This document shows, piece after piece, positions 1 through 10,146 of a stretch of DNA of 64,000 nucleotides. The notes below the pieces were generated by a model. It worked only from the letters and a program-made list of their open reading frames with translations, did no database searches and was not told the origin of the DNA. The position numbers were made by a program, and so were the translations under genes. Numbering within the stretch: position 1 is the first letter of the stretch; every line of letters begins with the position of its first letter. The stretch covers positions 1,394,889-1,458,888 of the forward strand of contig CAVZKD010000007.1 of the NCBI GenBank assembly GCA_963775735.1. Direction: 5' to 3'. The DNA is from an uncultured Actinomycetes bacterium (GTDB taxonomy: Bacteria; Actinomycetota; UBA4738; HRBIN12).

Positions 1-186
1 CGCGCTCGACACGGAGGGGACGCCGAGCTCGTGCAGGCGCTCCTCGATCGCCTCGGCCACCTGGTAGGCGCGCACGGGCGAGAGCCCGGTCACCATGACC
101 TGGGAGGCCATCAGGCCTTTCGAGTACGGCAGCCCCGGGTCTCGGTCCGAGATGAGGATCTGTGGGTGTTTCGGTTCGTTCGTCAT
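1..186 (-). CDS. pgk2: 2-phosphoglycerate kinase, N-terminal ATP-cone portion (truncated by window edge; absent from ORF track)
   Basis: Manual translation from ATG 186: MTNEPKHPQILISDRDPGLPYSKGLMASQVMVTGLSPVRAYQVAEAIEERL..., resembling the LPFSKG...GL...AY.IA N-terminus of archaeal 2PGK; ATGA overlap with cDPG synthetase stop. Confidence 0.8.
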   Translation of the reverse strand, partial: MTNEPKHPQILISDRDPGLPYSKGLMASQVMVTGLSPVRAYQVAEAIEERLHELGVPSVSSA

Positions 187-1511
187 CTGCGTGCGCGTCG
201 CTCTCCTGCGAGATCGATCGTCTCCTCCAGCGCGGTCGGGAGGTCCATCTCCCCCTCCACCGCGACGGCCCGGTTGTCGACGAAGACCACACGGGCTCCT
301 CGGGCAACCGCGCGGTCCGACGCGAGGTCGACCGCTGCGGCCTTCAACTCCGTGAGGAGCACTTCGTAGTCCTTCGCACCGTCCAGGTCCTGTTCCAGAC
401 CGGCCCGATCGGCCAGCCGGGTGCTCCACCCCACCACGCGGCACCCGTGGGATCGCTCGAGGGTCGCAACCTGCCTCGCGGCAACCGCCCCCGGCGCCGT
501 CGTCGTGAAGAACACGTCCCTGCCTCGCACATCGTCGACCGGGTGTGGTTCGAAGTCCGTCACGATGAGCCGGGCATCACCGCGTAACCGTTCGACGTGG
601 GACCGCAGGGTAGGGATGTTCTCGAGCCCGGCTGGGCTGTGGGCCATGGTAACAACGACCAGGTCCGATAGCAACAGTCGGAAGGGGCCGAGGTAGCCGC
701 CCAGGTACTCCGGCGGCAGGGTCGCCGGCACCGCGAGCACACCAGCATCCCAGGGCACCGGCGGGACCGCAGCCCCGCTGCCGTCGAAGATCACGATGCC
801 GGCGCCCAGCCCGATCGCGACCTGGGCGGCCTCCCGCACGTTCGTCGCCGCGGGCTTGCCGGCGAGGCCACCACCGGCCCGACGGGCGCCGACGGTGGTC
901 ACCCCGCTCGTCACCGCGACCTCCAGGTAGTCCGAGGCCGCGTGCTCGCCGTCCCGCACGAGCTCGAGCAGCCGGTCGAGCGTGACGCTGCCGGCGGGTG
1001 CGATCTGCGGCTCCGGTGGTCCACCGCGACCCATCGCCACGACGACGGGCGACAGCGCGCGCGCCGCGGCGACGCGCGCGGTCTCACCGGTGATCGCCGT
1101 CTTGCCGGTCCGCTTCCCGGTCCCGATCACGGCGAGGGTCGTCGCCGGCAGGGCAGGCCCCTCGATCGGTGGGTCGAGCCGGAAGTCCGGCCCCAGGTAC
1201 GGGATGCCGCGTGCCAGCGTGACCGCGGCGAGCTCCATCCGCTCGCGGTACCCGAGCACCGGCTCGTCGGACAGGTCGAAGACACCCTCGGCGTTCGTGG
1301 CCGAGATCGCGTCGGCGAGCGCGGCCGCGATCGGGTCGCCCGCCGTCCGCAGGGGGAGCCCGAGCTCGGGCTCGGCGCCCGGCCGGAGCTTCTCCGTGCC
1401 GCCCACGAGCAGCGCGAGCACGGGGTCCAGCCCGCGCGCTCGCGCGGCGTCGATCCCCCACCGTGTGACGGGGGGATAGTGCTCGCCGTCGACGAGGACG
1501 AGGACCCTCAC
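183..1511 (-). CDS. cpgS: cyclic 2,3-diphosphoglycerate synthetase
   Basis: GTG 1511; motifs DGEHYPP, GGTEK, DLSDEP, IGTGKRTGKT, MGRGGP, HAASDYLE, RRAGGGLAG, DGSG, TELKAAAVD. Confidence 0.9.
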   Translation of the reverse strand: MRVLVLVDGEHYPPVTRWGIDAARARGLDPVLALLVGGTEKLRPGAEPELGLPLRTAGDPIAAALADAISATNAEGVFDLSDEPVLGYRERMELAAVTLARGIPYLGPDFRLDPPIEGPALPATTLAVIGTGKRTGKTAITGETARVAAARALSPVVVAMGRGGPPEPQIAPAGSVTLDRLLELVRDGEHAASDYLEVAVTSGVTTVGARRAGGGLAGKPAATNVREAAQVAIGLGAGIVIFDGSGAAVPPVPWDAGVLAVPATLPPEYLGGYLGPFRLLLSDLVVVTMAHSPAGLENIPTLRSHVERLRGDARLIVTDFEPHPVDDVRGRDVFFTTTAPGAVAARQVATLERSHGCRVVGWSTRLADRAGLEQDLDGAKDYEVLLTELKAAAVDLASDRAVARGARVVFVDNRAVAVEGEMDLPTALEETIDLAGERRARR

Positions 1512-1543
1512 GCCTGATCCTTCCGGAACGGGTCGGGTGGCGG

Positions 1544-2344
1544 CTACTCTCCCTGGTGCGCGGCCTCCGCTCGGCGTGGCTGCACCGGCGGCTCGAGCTC
1601 CCGGTAGAACTGCTCTCCGGTCGACAGCCGGAAGTGCGCGATCACGCTTCCACCTCCGAACGGGTAGCGACGGGTGATCTTCACCTCGTCGCCCTCGAAC
1701 TCGAGCACGTTGTAGCAGGGCTTCGTGTGTCCGCGCAGTCGGAGCGAGGCCACGGTGCCCGCGTTCGCCACGTACAGGTCCTCGAGGCGCCACACGTACG
1801 GGACGTGTTTGTGTCCCGAGAGCACCACGTTGACGCCGGCCTGGACCAGCTCCTCGAGCAGGTCGCCCGCGTCCATGACGGTGCTGCGCTCCCGGCCGGT
1901 GCCCGGGATCGGCAGGAGGTGGTGGTGCAGCACGAACACCTTGAGATCGGCCGGGACGTCGAACCGCTCGCGGATCCAGGCGTAGCGCTCCCGGCCCACC
2001 TGGCCCTCGTTGATGTCGGGCTCGCTCGAGTCCACCCCCACGAGTCGGACCCCCTTGACGTCCTGCGCCCAATGGCGCGGCCCCACGAGCTCCTCGAAGT
2101 GCAAGTACCCGACATTGCGAGCGTCGTGATTGCCCGGAACGGTGTACGTCGGCGCCTGGATCCGCTGCGCGTAGGCGACCCAGTTCTTGTACTCCTGCCG
2201 GTACCCCTCGTTCGTCAGGTCGCCGCTGCAGATCACGACGTCGGGCTCGAGCTCGTTCAGTTCGACGAGCACCCGGTTCATCAGGTTGGGGACGAAGTAG
2301 GGCGAGCCGACGTGCGGATCGGAGATGTGGGCGATCGTGACCAC
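1544..2344 (-). CDS. calcineurin-like metallophosphoesterase (CpdA/Icc-like)
   Basis: All five metal motifs: HISDPH, SGDLT, PGNHD, LHHH, GHKH. Confidence 0.9.
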   Translation of the reverse strand: MVTIAHISDPHVGSPYFVPNLMNRVLVELNELEPDVVICSGDLTNEGYRQEYKNWVAYAQRIQAPTYTVPGNHDARNVGYLHFEELVGPRHWAQDVKGVRLVGVDSSEPDINEGQVGRERYAWIRERFDVPADLKVFVLHHHLLPIPGTGRERSTVMDAGDLLEELVQAGVNVVLSGHKHVPYVWRLEDLYVANAGTVASLRLRGHTKPCYNVLEFEGDEVKITRRYPFGGGSVIAHFRLSTGEQFYRELEPPVQPRRAEAAHQGE

Positions 2345-2438
2345 GTCCGCTCCATCTTAGCGGCGCCCAACCACGAAGCCCGGACGGCCGGGCCCGGGCG
2401 TCGTTCCCCCGCAGACGCGTGGGACGATAGCCGCACCC

Positions 2439-3608
2439 GTGAACGCCCTCGATCTCATCCTGGTCGCGCTGCTCGCGCTCGCCGGGATCAGCGGCTACCG
2501 ACGAGGCTTCACCATGCAGGCGTTCGGGTTCGGCGGACTGCTGATCGGGTTGTTCATCGGCGCGCTCCTCGCGCCCACGGTCGCGCGCCTGGCCGGTGGG
2601 CCGCAGGCGCAGGCCGGGCTCGCCGCGCTCGTGCTGTTCACGGTGGCAGGGATCGGCAACGCGATCGGATGGCTGCTCGGCGTGCGCGTGCGGGACCGTG
2701 CCGCGGGCACGTTCGGGCAGGCGGACGCCGTCGCGGGTTCGGCCACCGCGGTGGTCGCCTCGCTGCTCGCGATCTGGTTCGTGGCGCTGAACCTGGTGAG
2801 CGGGCCCTTCCCGGCGATGGCGAGCCAGATCCGAGGGTCGGCCGTGGTCCGCACGCTCGACGCCGCGCTCCCCGAGCCGCCGTCACTGCTGGCGCAGGTG
2901 CGCCAGCTCTTCAACCGCTTCGGCTTCCCCGACGTGTTCTCCGGCATCCCGCCGCTGCCGGCCGAGCCCGTCGACCCCCCGACCCAGGCGCAGGCCGTCG
3001 CCGCGGTCGACGCCGCCGCCACGAGCACCGTCCGCGTGGTCGGGCAGGCCTGCGATCAGATCCTGGAGGGCTCCGGCTTCGTGGCCGACCCTCGGTACGT
3101 GGTGACGGCCGCCCACGTGATCGCGGGCGTGCGCGACCCGAGCATCCAGTCGCCGAGCGCGGGCACCGTGGCGGCGCGGACGGTGCTCTTCGACCCCGGC
3201 CTCGATCTCGCGGTCCTGCGGGTGGAGGAGGCACCCGGACCCACGCTCCCGTTGGCGGCCGGGCCGCTCGAACGCGGAGACGTCGGCGCCGTGCTCGGCT
3301 ACCCGGAGAACGGACCGCTGGACGCGCGCCGCGCCGCGGTCCGACGAACGATCGACGCGCTCGGGCGGGACATCTACGGGAAGGGGCAGGTGGACCGCCT
3401 CGTCCTGGAGCTTCAGGCGGAGATCCGGCCGGGGAACTCCGGCGGCCCCTTCGTCCTGCCGGACGGCCGCGTGGGCGGGGTCGTGTTCGCCGCGTCGTCG
3501 ACCGATCCGGAGATCGGGTATGCGATCGCCTCCGAGGAGATCCGGGGTGTCCTCGACGACGCGCTCGGCGAGACGGACGAGGTCGGCACGGGGCCCTGCG
3601 TCCCGTGA
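2439..3608 (+). CDS. MarP-family membrane serine protease (CvpA-like TM domain + trypsin domain)
   Basis: N-terminal TM helices; GSGF, TAAHV, DLAVL, GNSGGP; Cys pair (QAC...GPC). Confidence 0.9.
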   Translation: MNALDLILVALLALAGISGYRRGFTMQAFGFGGLLIGLFIGALLAPTVARLAGGPQAQAGLAALVLFTVAGIGNAIGWLLGVRVRDRAAGTFGQADAVAGSATAVVASLLAIWFVALNLVSGPFPAMASQIRGSAVVRTLDAALPEPPSLLAQVRQLFNRFGFPDVFSGIPPLPAEPVDPPTQAQAVAAVDAAATSTVRVVGQACDQILEGSGFVADPRYVVTAAHVIAGVRDPSIQSPSAGTVAARTVLFDPGLDLAVLRVEEAPGPTLPLAAGPLERGDVGAVLGYPENGPLDARRAAVRRTIDALGRDIYGKGQVDRLVLELQAEIRPGNSGGPFVLPDGRVGGVVFAASSTDPEIGYAIASEEIRGVLDDALGETDEVGTGPCVP

Positions 3609-3718
3609 CCCCGCGTCGGCCGGACGGCCGATGGGCGAGTGATCGGCGGAGTACGTCCTGGGTCGGCTTCGGCGATCCGACCCTGAACGGAGCGGTCGCG
3701 TGACCCGATACCGGCTGC

Positions 3719-4513
3719 GTGAGCTCCGCAGCGCGTCGAACCATGCCGGTCGTGGCGGCACTCGTCGCCGCGGTCATGGCGATCGCCACCGGCGCACACG
3801 CACCGGCGCTGGAGCGAACGCGGGAGCCGGCGGTCCCCGATGGCCGTCCGCGGCCCACGGGGTTCCCGCTCCCGGTGGATCGACGGGTCGACCCGGATCG
3901 GACCCGCGGGGACCGGCATCTCCTCGTTCGGGTGGAGCGCGCGATGCGCGTGACGGCTCGCCCGGGCGGCGGCCGCGTCGTCGGCGTCATCCCGGCGCGC
4001 TCCCCGTACTACGGCGTCCAGACCCGCGCGTGGGTCCTGCGCGTGAGTCCCGACGGCCGCTTCGGACTGATCCCCGTTCCCTACGCGGGCGAAGCGGTCA
4101 CCGGATGGCTGCGGCTTCGCGGCCTGCGGACGAGCATGACCCGGATCAGCGTGCGGGTCGACCTCTCCGCTCACCGGCTGTTCCTGCGCCGCGGCGATCA
4201 CGTGATCTTCTCGGCCCCGGCCGCGACCGGCGCCCCCTCGACGCCGACACCCGTCGGCCGCTACGTCGTCTCCGATCGCGTGCCGTTCTCCGCGGGGAGC
4301 ATCTACGGCACGTTCGCGTTCGGTCTGTCGGGTATCCAGACACACCTGCCGGCCGGATGGACCGGCGGCAACCAACTGGCGATCCACGGAACGAACGAGC
4401 CATCGTCGATCGGGCGATCCGCGAGCTACGGGTGCCTGCGGGTCTCCGAACGGGTCCTGGACCGGCTGCGACCGCTCCTGCGGCTCGGCACACCCGTGTC
4501 GATCCGGCCCTGA
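3719..4513 (+). CDS. L,D-transpeptidase family protein
   Basis: Signal peptide; TPTPVG; AIHGT...ASYGCLR catalytic motif. Confidence 0.85.
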   Translation: MSSAARRTMPVVAALVAAVMAIATGAHAPALERTREPAVPDGRPRPTGFPLPVDRRVDPDRTRGDRHLLVRVERAMRVTARPGGGRVVGVIPARSPYYGVQTRAWVLRVSPDGRFGLIPVPYAGEAVTGWLRLRGLRTSMTRISVRVDLSAHRLFLRRGDHVIFSAPAATGAPSTPTPVGRYVVSDRVPFSAGSIYGTFAFGLSGIQTHLPAGWTGGNQLAIHGTNEPSSIGRSASYGCLRVSERVLDRLRPLLRLGTPVSIRP

Positions 4514-4531
4514 GCGTCCCCGGGTCCTCGC

Positions 4532-6787
4532 TCAGCCCTCCATGAGCACGCGGACGTCGCCCTCTCGAGCGAGCACCGAGAACGACGTGATCTCGGCCTC
4601 CCGCCGGAACACGATGCTGATCCGGCTGTCCCCGACGGCGAGGTTGCGGACCTCGACCGTGTTCAGCCAGGTCGGCAGGTGCGGCAGGTTGACGGTGAGC
4701 AGGTTCTCGTGCGCGCGCGCGGACAGTCCCAGCATCGCCTGGAGCATCAGGAACGGCGCGCCTGCCGCCCAGGCCTGCGGCGAGCACGCGATCGGGTAGC
4801 TCACCGGCCGGTTCGGCGTTCGGCGCGTGAACCCGCAGTAGAGCTCGGGCAGCCGGAAGTAGTCGGCCGCGATCGCCGCGTCGAAGAGCGCGGTCGCGAG
4901 ACGGTTCGCCGATCGGGAGAACCGGTAGCGCTTCAGCCCGGCCGCGATGAGCGCGTTGTCATGTGGCCACACCGATCCGTTGTGGTAGCTCATCGGGTTG
5001 TAGGCGAGCGCCGACCGGCTCATCGTTCGGACACCCCACCCGGAGAACATGTCCGGGGCGAGCAGGCGCTTGGCGAGCGGCATGGCCTTGTCCCGGTCGA
5101 TGATGTCGCAATACAGGCCGTGGGCGGGGTTCGACATCACCGTGCGAACCGGTCGCTTGTCCGCATCGAGCGCGGCCGCGAAGTACTGCTCGTCGTCCAT
5201 CCAGAAGGCCTCGTTGAATCGCGTCTTCAGCCGCTCGGCCTCCGCCTCGAGCCGTTCGGCCTCGGCGGGGTGTCCGAGCGTCCGATACACGTCCGCCATC
5301 CGCGTCTTCGCGAGGTACACGTACCCCTGCACCTCGGACAGCGCGATCGGCGGCTCGGCCAGACGTCCATCCTCGTGCACGATCGCGTCGTGGGAGTCCT
5401 TCCATCCCTGGTTGCGGATCCCCCGCGGCGAACGGCAGAGGTACTCGACGAACCCGTCGCCGTCGAGGTCGCCGTAGCGATCGATCCAGGACAGGGCGGC
5501 CTCCGCGGCCGGCAGCAGCTTCCGAGCGAAGTCGACGTCGCCCGTCCACCGCAGGTACTGCGCGTACACGATCACGAACCACGGCGTCGAGTCCACCGAG
5601 CCGTAGTACCGCGAGTGCGGGATCAGGCCGGCGCGAGCGAGCTCTCCCCGACGCACCTCGTGCAGGATCTTGCCGGGCTGCTCGTCCCGCCAATCGTTCT
5701 CCTCGACGCCCTGTCTCGCCGCGAGCAGCTCGAGCGCCTCACGCGCCGGCTGCGAGTTGACCATGAGGAGCTGGTGCGAGGCGATCAAGGAGTCGCGGCC
5801 GAAGATCGTGACGTACCAGGGGATCCCCGCGGCCAGGACGCCCCCGTCGTCGACCCTCGTGTAGAGGGCGCGGAGGTCACGGAGGCTGCGGTCGAGCAGC
5901 TCGTTGAACAGCTCGTTGTCGGTGACGATCTCGGTCGACCCCCGCTGCCACTCCTCGTACGACGCTCGAAGCTCGTGCACGACGTGGTCGTAACTCGAGA
6001 CCTCGGGACCGTCCTCATCGAGCGTGAGGGGCTCGACCGACAGCGTGAGGAGCCTCGTCTGGTTCGCCTCGAGATGGAGGCGGAAGGATGCCTTCGCGAC
6101 GTCTCGATCGATGTCGATGCGGACGGGCACGGTGCCGAACCGGATCCGGGTCATCCTTCGGACGTCGTCCCGTCCCGTGTGCGCGAACTCGATGACCCCG
6201 TCCCGGACCGAGGGCACGGGCGGCCCCTCGTCCTGGTCGCTCGCCATCCCACGGACCTCGAAGATGTCCGCGAAGTCCGCGCCGAACCGCAGCTCGACCT
6301 CGAGCGTCACGTCGAACGTGTTGTAGTTCTTCACGCGGATGCGCTCATAGAGGTTCCCGTGGATCGTCCGGACCCGCCGAACGTTGATCGTCTGCTGGGG
6401 TGCGGACAGCGCGTCCCCGTCGAACAGATCGGGGTTCGTGAGGTCGATGTGCGACAGGTAGCCGCGCTCCGCGGACGACGAGAGCAAGATCGGCTGGCGT
6501 CCGTTGATCGTCATCGCGAAATGCGACAGGAACCGCGTGTCTTGCGCGTACAGCCCGAGCCCGTAGTCGCCGCCGTGATCGAGGTTCCCCTCGAGGTCCG
6601 AGTAGAGGAACGTGTGCCCCTCCTTGACCGCGAGCGTCTTGCTCGCGAGGTCGGTGACGAGGACCGGCGCCGCGGCCTCCTTCGCGCGATCGAAGGCGGG
6701 GTGTGGTTCCGCGGTCTGAGCCGGCGGGGCGCTCTCGTCCAGTTCCGGTTCGGGACTCGGATCGTTCACGGACATCTCGTCAACCAT
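4532..6787 (-). CDS. amylo-alpha-1,6-glucosidase / glycogen-debranching-like glycoside hydrolase
   Basis: DTRFLS, DFADIFEVRG, AGIPWY..FGRDS, PGKILHE, NQGWKDS, YHNGSVWPHDN, CSPQAWAA. Confidence 0.9.
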   Translation of the reverse strand: MVDEMSVNDPSPEPELDESAPPAQTAEPHPAFDRAKEAAAPVLVTDLASKTLAVKEGHTFLYSDLEGNLDHGGDYGLGLYAQDTRFLSHFAMTINGRQPILLSSSAERGYLSHIDLTNPDLFDGDALSAPQQTINVRRVRTIHGNLYERIRVKNYNTFDVTLEVELRFGADFADIFEVRGMASDQDEGPPVPSVRDGVIEFAHTGRDDVRRMTRIRFGTVPVRIDIDRDVAKASFRLHLEANQTRLLTLSVEPLTLDEDGPEVSSYDHVVHELRASYEEWQRGSTEIVTDNELFNELLDRSLRDLRALYTRVDDGGVLAAGIPWYVTIFGRDSLIASHQLLMVNSQPAREALELLAARQGVEENDWRDEQPGKILHEVRRGELARAGLIPHSRYYGSVDSTPWFVIVYAQYLRWTGDVDFARKLLPAAEAALSWIDRYGDLDGDGFVEYLCRSPRGIRNQGWKDSHDAIVHEDGRLAEPPIALSEVQGYVYLAKTRMADVYRTLGHPAEAERLEAEAERLKTRFNEAFWMDDEQYFAAALDADKRPVRTVMSNPAHGLYCDIIDRDKAMPLAKRLLAPDMFSGWGVRTMSRSALAYNPMSYHNGSVWPHDNALIAAGLKRYRFSRSANRLATALFDAAIAADYFRLPELYCGFTRRTPNRPVSYPIACSPQAWAAGAPFLMLQAMLGLSARAHENLLTVNLPHLPTWLNTVEVRNLAVGDSRISIVFRREAEITSFSVLAREGDVRVLMEG

Positions 6788-6808
6788 CGTCGCAGGTGAT
6801 ACGGCTCC

Positions 6809-7692
6809 TTAGACCTCGAGGATCTCCACCCCGGTGGACCGGACGGGAACACGCAGGACCCGCCAGCCGGCACCGGGAGGGGGGACGCGATGGTCCTCCC
6901 GGTCGAACGCGATCAGGCTCGGACCCGCCCCCGAGACGCAGGCGGGGACCTGCGCCTTCCGCACCCGATGCAAGACCTCCCGGACCCCGGGAACGAGGGA
7001 CAGTCGAGCCTCCTCGTGGAGGCGATCCCGCATCGCCACGAGCAGCAGGTCCGCGATCACCGCTCGTCAGCGCCGCCACCGCCAACGCGCCGTGGGCGAC
7101 GTTGTAGACGGCATCGGCGAGCGGCACCGCCGCCGGCAGGGCCTCGCGTGCCCGGTCGGTCGGGATCCGCGCATCCTCGGGAACGAGGACGACGGGCTCG
7201 CAGCCCGGGATGGACGTCGAACCTTCGAACGAACCCGTCCGACACGACCGTGAGGCCCCCGTAGACGGCCGCCGCCACGTTGTCCGGGTGTCCCTCGAGT
7301 TCCGCCGCGTACGCGAACGACGCGTGGGGGTCGTCCCAGCCGGCGGGGCCGAGCAAGACCCGTGCCAGCTCGGTCCCCGCGACGACCGCGGCGGCGGAGG
7401 AGCCGAGGCCCCGCTCGAGCGGGATACGGTTCGAGCCGTGGAGGACGTGCGGAGGGACGGACGCCTCGGGATGGAACCGTCGCTGCCGATCGACGGCCGC
7501 CGCGATCGCCCGGCTCACGAGGTCCGAGCCGTCGGTCGGGAGCTCGTCCGCGCCCTCCCCGACCCAGCGCACGCCGGGTTCGGCGTCCGTGTCGATCGTC
7601 ACCTCGTTGCACAGATCGAGCGCGAGCCCGAAGCAGTCGAACCCCGGCCCGAGGTTGGCCGAGGTGGCCGGCACCCGGGCGACCAGGCGCAC
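6809..7692 (-). CDS. thrB: homoserine kinase (apparent frameshifts near 7200 and 7060)
   Basis: [43 protein letters not shown], spread over three frames. Confidence 0.85.
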
Positions 7693-7694
7693 GG

Positions 7695-8748
7695 TTAGAG
7701 CCCGAGCTCCGCCGCGACGACGTGGACGTCGACCGGGACGGTGGGCGGGTGGCGCCGCACCGCTGATCGCCCACTCGGGGTCCTTCAGCCCGTGGCCGGT
7801 CAGCACGCAGACGACGCGCGCGCCCCGCGGCAGCCGATCCGTCCCCGACAGCTGGAGCAGCCCGGCGACGCTGGCGGCCGACGCCGGTTCGGCGAACAGG
7901 CCTTCGCGCGCGACGCGTCGGTACGCCGACAGGATCTCGCGGTCGGTGACGGCCGAGATCGCGCCCTCGGACTCCCTCGCGGCGGACACGGCGCGTTCCC
8001 AGGACGCGGGGTTGCCGATCCGGATCGCCGTCGCGATCGTTCGCGGGTCCGGCACCGGCTCGCCTCGGACGATCGGCGCCGCCCCCGATGCCTGGAAGCC
8101 GAACAGCCGCGGGGGCTCCCCGATGACGCCGTCGCGCAGGTACTCGGAGTAGCCGAGCCAGTGGCTCGAGATGTTCCCCGCGTTGCCGACCGGCACGCAA
8201 TGTACTTCCGGCGCGCCGCCGAGGGCGTCGACGATCTCGAACGCGCACGTCTTCTGGCCCTCGATCCGATCCGGGTTCACCGAGTTGACGAGCGTGACCG
8301 GGTACCGCCCGGCGAGCTCGACGGCGAGCTCGAGCGAGGCATCGAAGTTCCCGTCGACCTCGAGGACCCGGGCGCCGTGCGCGAGCGTGCCGGCCATCTT
8401 GCCGAGCGCGACCTTGCCCTTCGGCACGAGCACGACGCAGGTGAGCCCCGCCTTGGCCGCGTAGGCGGCCGCGCTGGCGCTCGTGTTCCCGGTCGAGGCG
8501 CACACGATCGCCTTCGAGCCCTCCTCGACCGCCCGGCTGACCGCGAGCGTCATCCCACGGTCCTTGAACGAAGCGGTGGGGTTCGCGCCTTCGAACTTCA
8601 GCCAGACCTCGCACCCGGTCTCCTGCGACAGCGGCTCCGAGCGCACGAGCGGCGTGCCACCCTCGCCGAGCGTGACCACGGGCGTCGAGGCCGTGACCGG
8701 GAGCCGGTCTCGATACTCCTCGATCACCCCGCGCCAGGGACGCGCCAC
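7695..8748 (-). CDS. thrC: threonine synthase (frameshift near 7745 at C-terminus)
   Basis: [47 protein letters not shown]. Confidence 0.92.
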
Positions 8749-8750
8749 GG

Positions 8751-10041
8751 CTACTCCTCGGCCTCGACGCGCAGGACGCTTCGCACCTGCTCGACGGCAC
8801 CGAGCTCGCGGAGCTCGCCGACCGCGTGCTGGAACGGCCCTCCCGCGCACGGTGCGTGATGAACACGAGCTGGGCGTCGTCTCCGGTCCCCTCCTGCCAG
8901 ACGCTCTTGATCGAGACGTCGCTGCGAGCGAAGACGCTCGCGATCTCGGCGAGGACACCCGGGCGATCCTCGACGCGCAACAGGATGTAGTACTGCCCGG
9001 TCATCTCCTCCATCGGTCGGATCGTCCGCTCGTGGAAGCAGGTGCAGCCGACGCCGCGAGCGCCGGACAGAGGTTGCGCGCGACGCTCACGAGATCGCCG
9101 ACGACCGCCGTCGCGGTGGCGGCGCCGCCCGCGCCCCGCCCGTAGAACATCAGCTCGCCGACGCTGGGTCCCTCGACGAACACCGCGTTGTTCGCCTCGC
9201 GGACCGCGGCGAGCGGGTGTCCAGCCGGGATCATCGCCGGGTGGACCCGCGCCGCGATGCGTTCGTCGGCGCCGAGCTCGGCGATCGCGAGCAGCTTGAT
9301 CACGTACCCGAGCCGCGCGGCGAACTCGATGTCCTCGGTGGTGACGGACCGCACGCCCTCGCGGAACACGTCGGTCGCGGTCACGCGCGCGTTGAAGGCG
9401 ATGGATGCGAGGATCGCGCACTTGGCCGCGGCGTCGTGCCCGTCGACGTCGGCCGTGGGGTCCGCCTCCGCGTAGCCGAGCGACTGGGCGGCGGCGAGCG
9501 CGTCGGCGAAGGCGGTCCGTTCCTCCGACATCCTCGTGAGGATGAAGTTCGTGGTGCCGTTCACGATGCCCATCACCCGGCGGAGCCGTTCGCCGGACAG
9601 GGACTCCTTCAACGGCCGGATCAGGGGGATGCCGCCGCCCACGGCCGCCTCGAAGTACAGATCCAGACCCTTGGCGTCGGCCGCATCGAACAGATCCTGC
9701 CCGCGGTTCGCGAGCAGGTCCTTGTTCGCGGTCACGACCGGCTTGTCGCGCTCGAACGCGGCGAGGATCAACGAGCCCGCCGGCTCCGCACCGCCGATCA
9801 GCTCGCAGACGATGTCGACGTCCGGGTCATCCACGATCGCCATCGGATCGTCCACGAACGCGGACGCGTCGAGCGGCACGTCGCGGACCGCGGTCGGGTT
9901 CCGCACCGCCACACGCGTGACGTCGAGGCGGCAGCCCGCCCGCCGCTCGATGTCCGCCCGGTGCTCGACGAGCAGACGGACCACCGCCGCGCCCACGGTT
10001 CCGCACCCGAGCATGCCGACGTGCAGGACCCGATCGTTCAC
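8751..10041 (-). CDS. hom: homoserine dehydrogenase with C-terminal ACT domain (frameshifts about 9065 and 8845)
   Basis: [44 protein letters not shown]; ACT motif EDRPGVLA in another frame. Confidence 0.9.
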
Positions 10042-10146
10042 CCGTCCCCCTCCGCCCGTCGACCCGCGCGTCGACGGATCGTCCGGTCGTGCCCGATGGA
10101 CCTCAGTATCTCGCCGCGGGGGACGACCTCTGCCCGGCGCGACGCC

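Noticed and set aside
4532-6787. Debranching-like hydrolase as part of the cDPG solute system
   Set aside because: Separated from that operon by two opposite-strand genes and belongs to a common family; no sequence evidence of a link.
7057-8958. Apparent ThrC-ThrB fusion ORF (633 aa)
   Set aside because: An indel near 7745 shifts thrC into the thrB frame; the proper thrC ending (...ELGL-TAA at 7695) and the thrB GTG (7692) are both visible.
10042-10146. Possible Thr leader peptide or T-box before hom
   Set aside because: Only one hairpin (CCGTCGAC/GTCGACGG) next to the RBS; no Thr-rich uORF or T-box consensus found.
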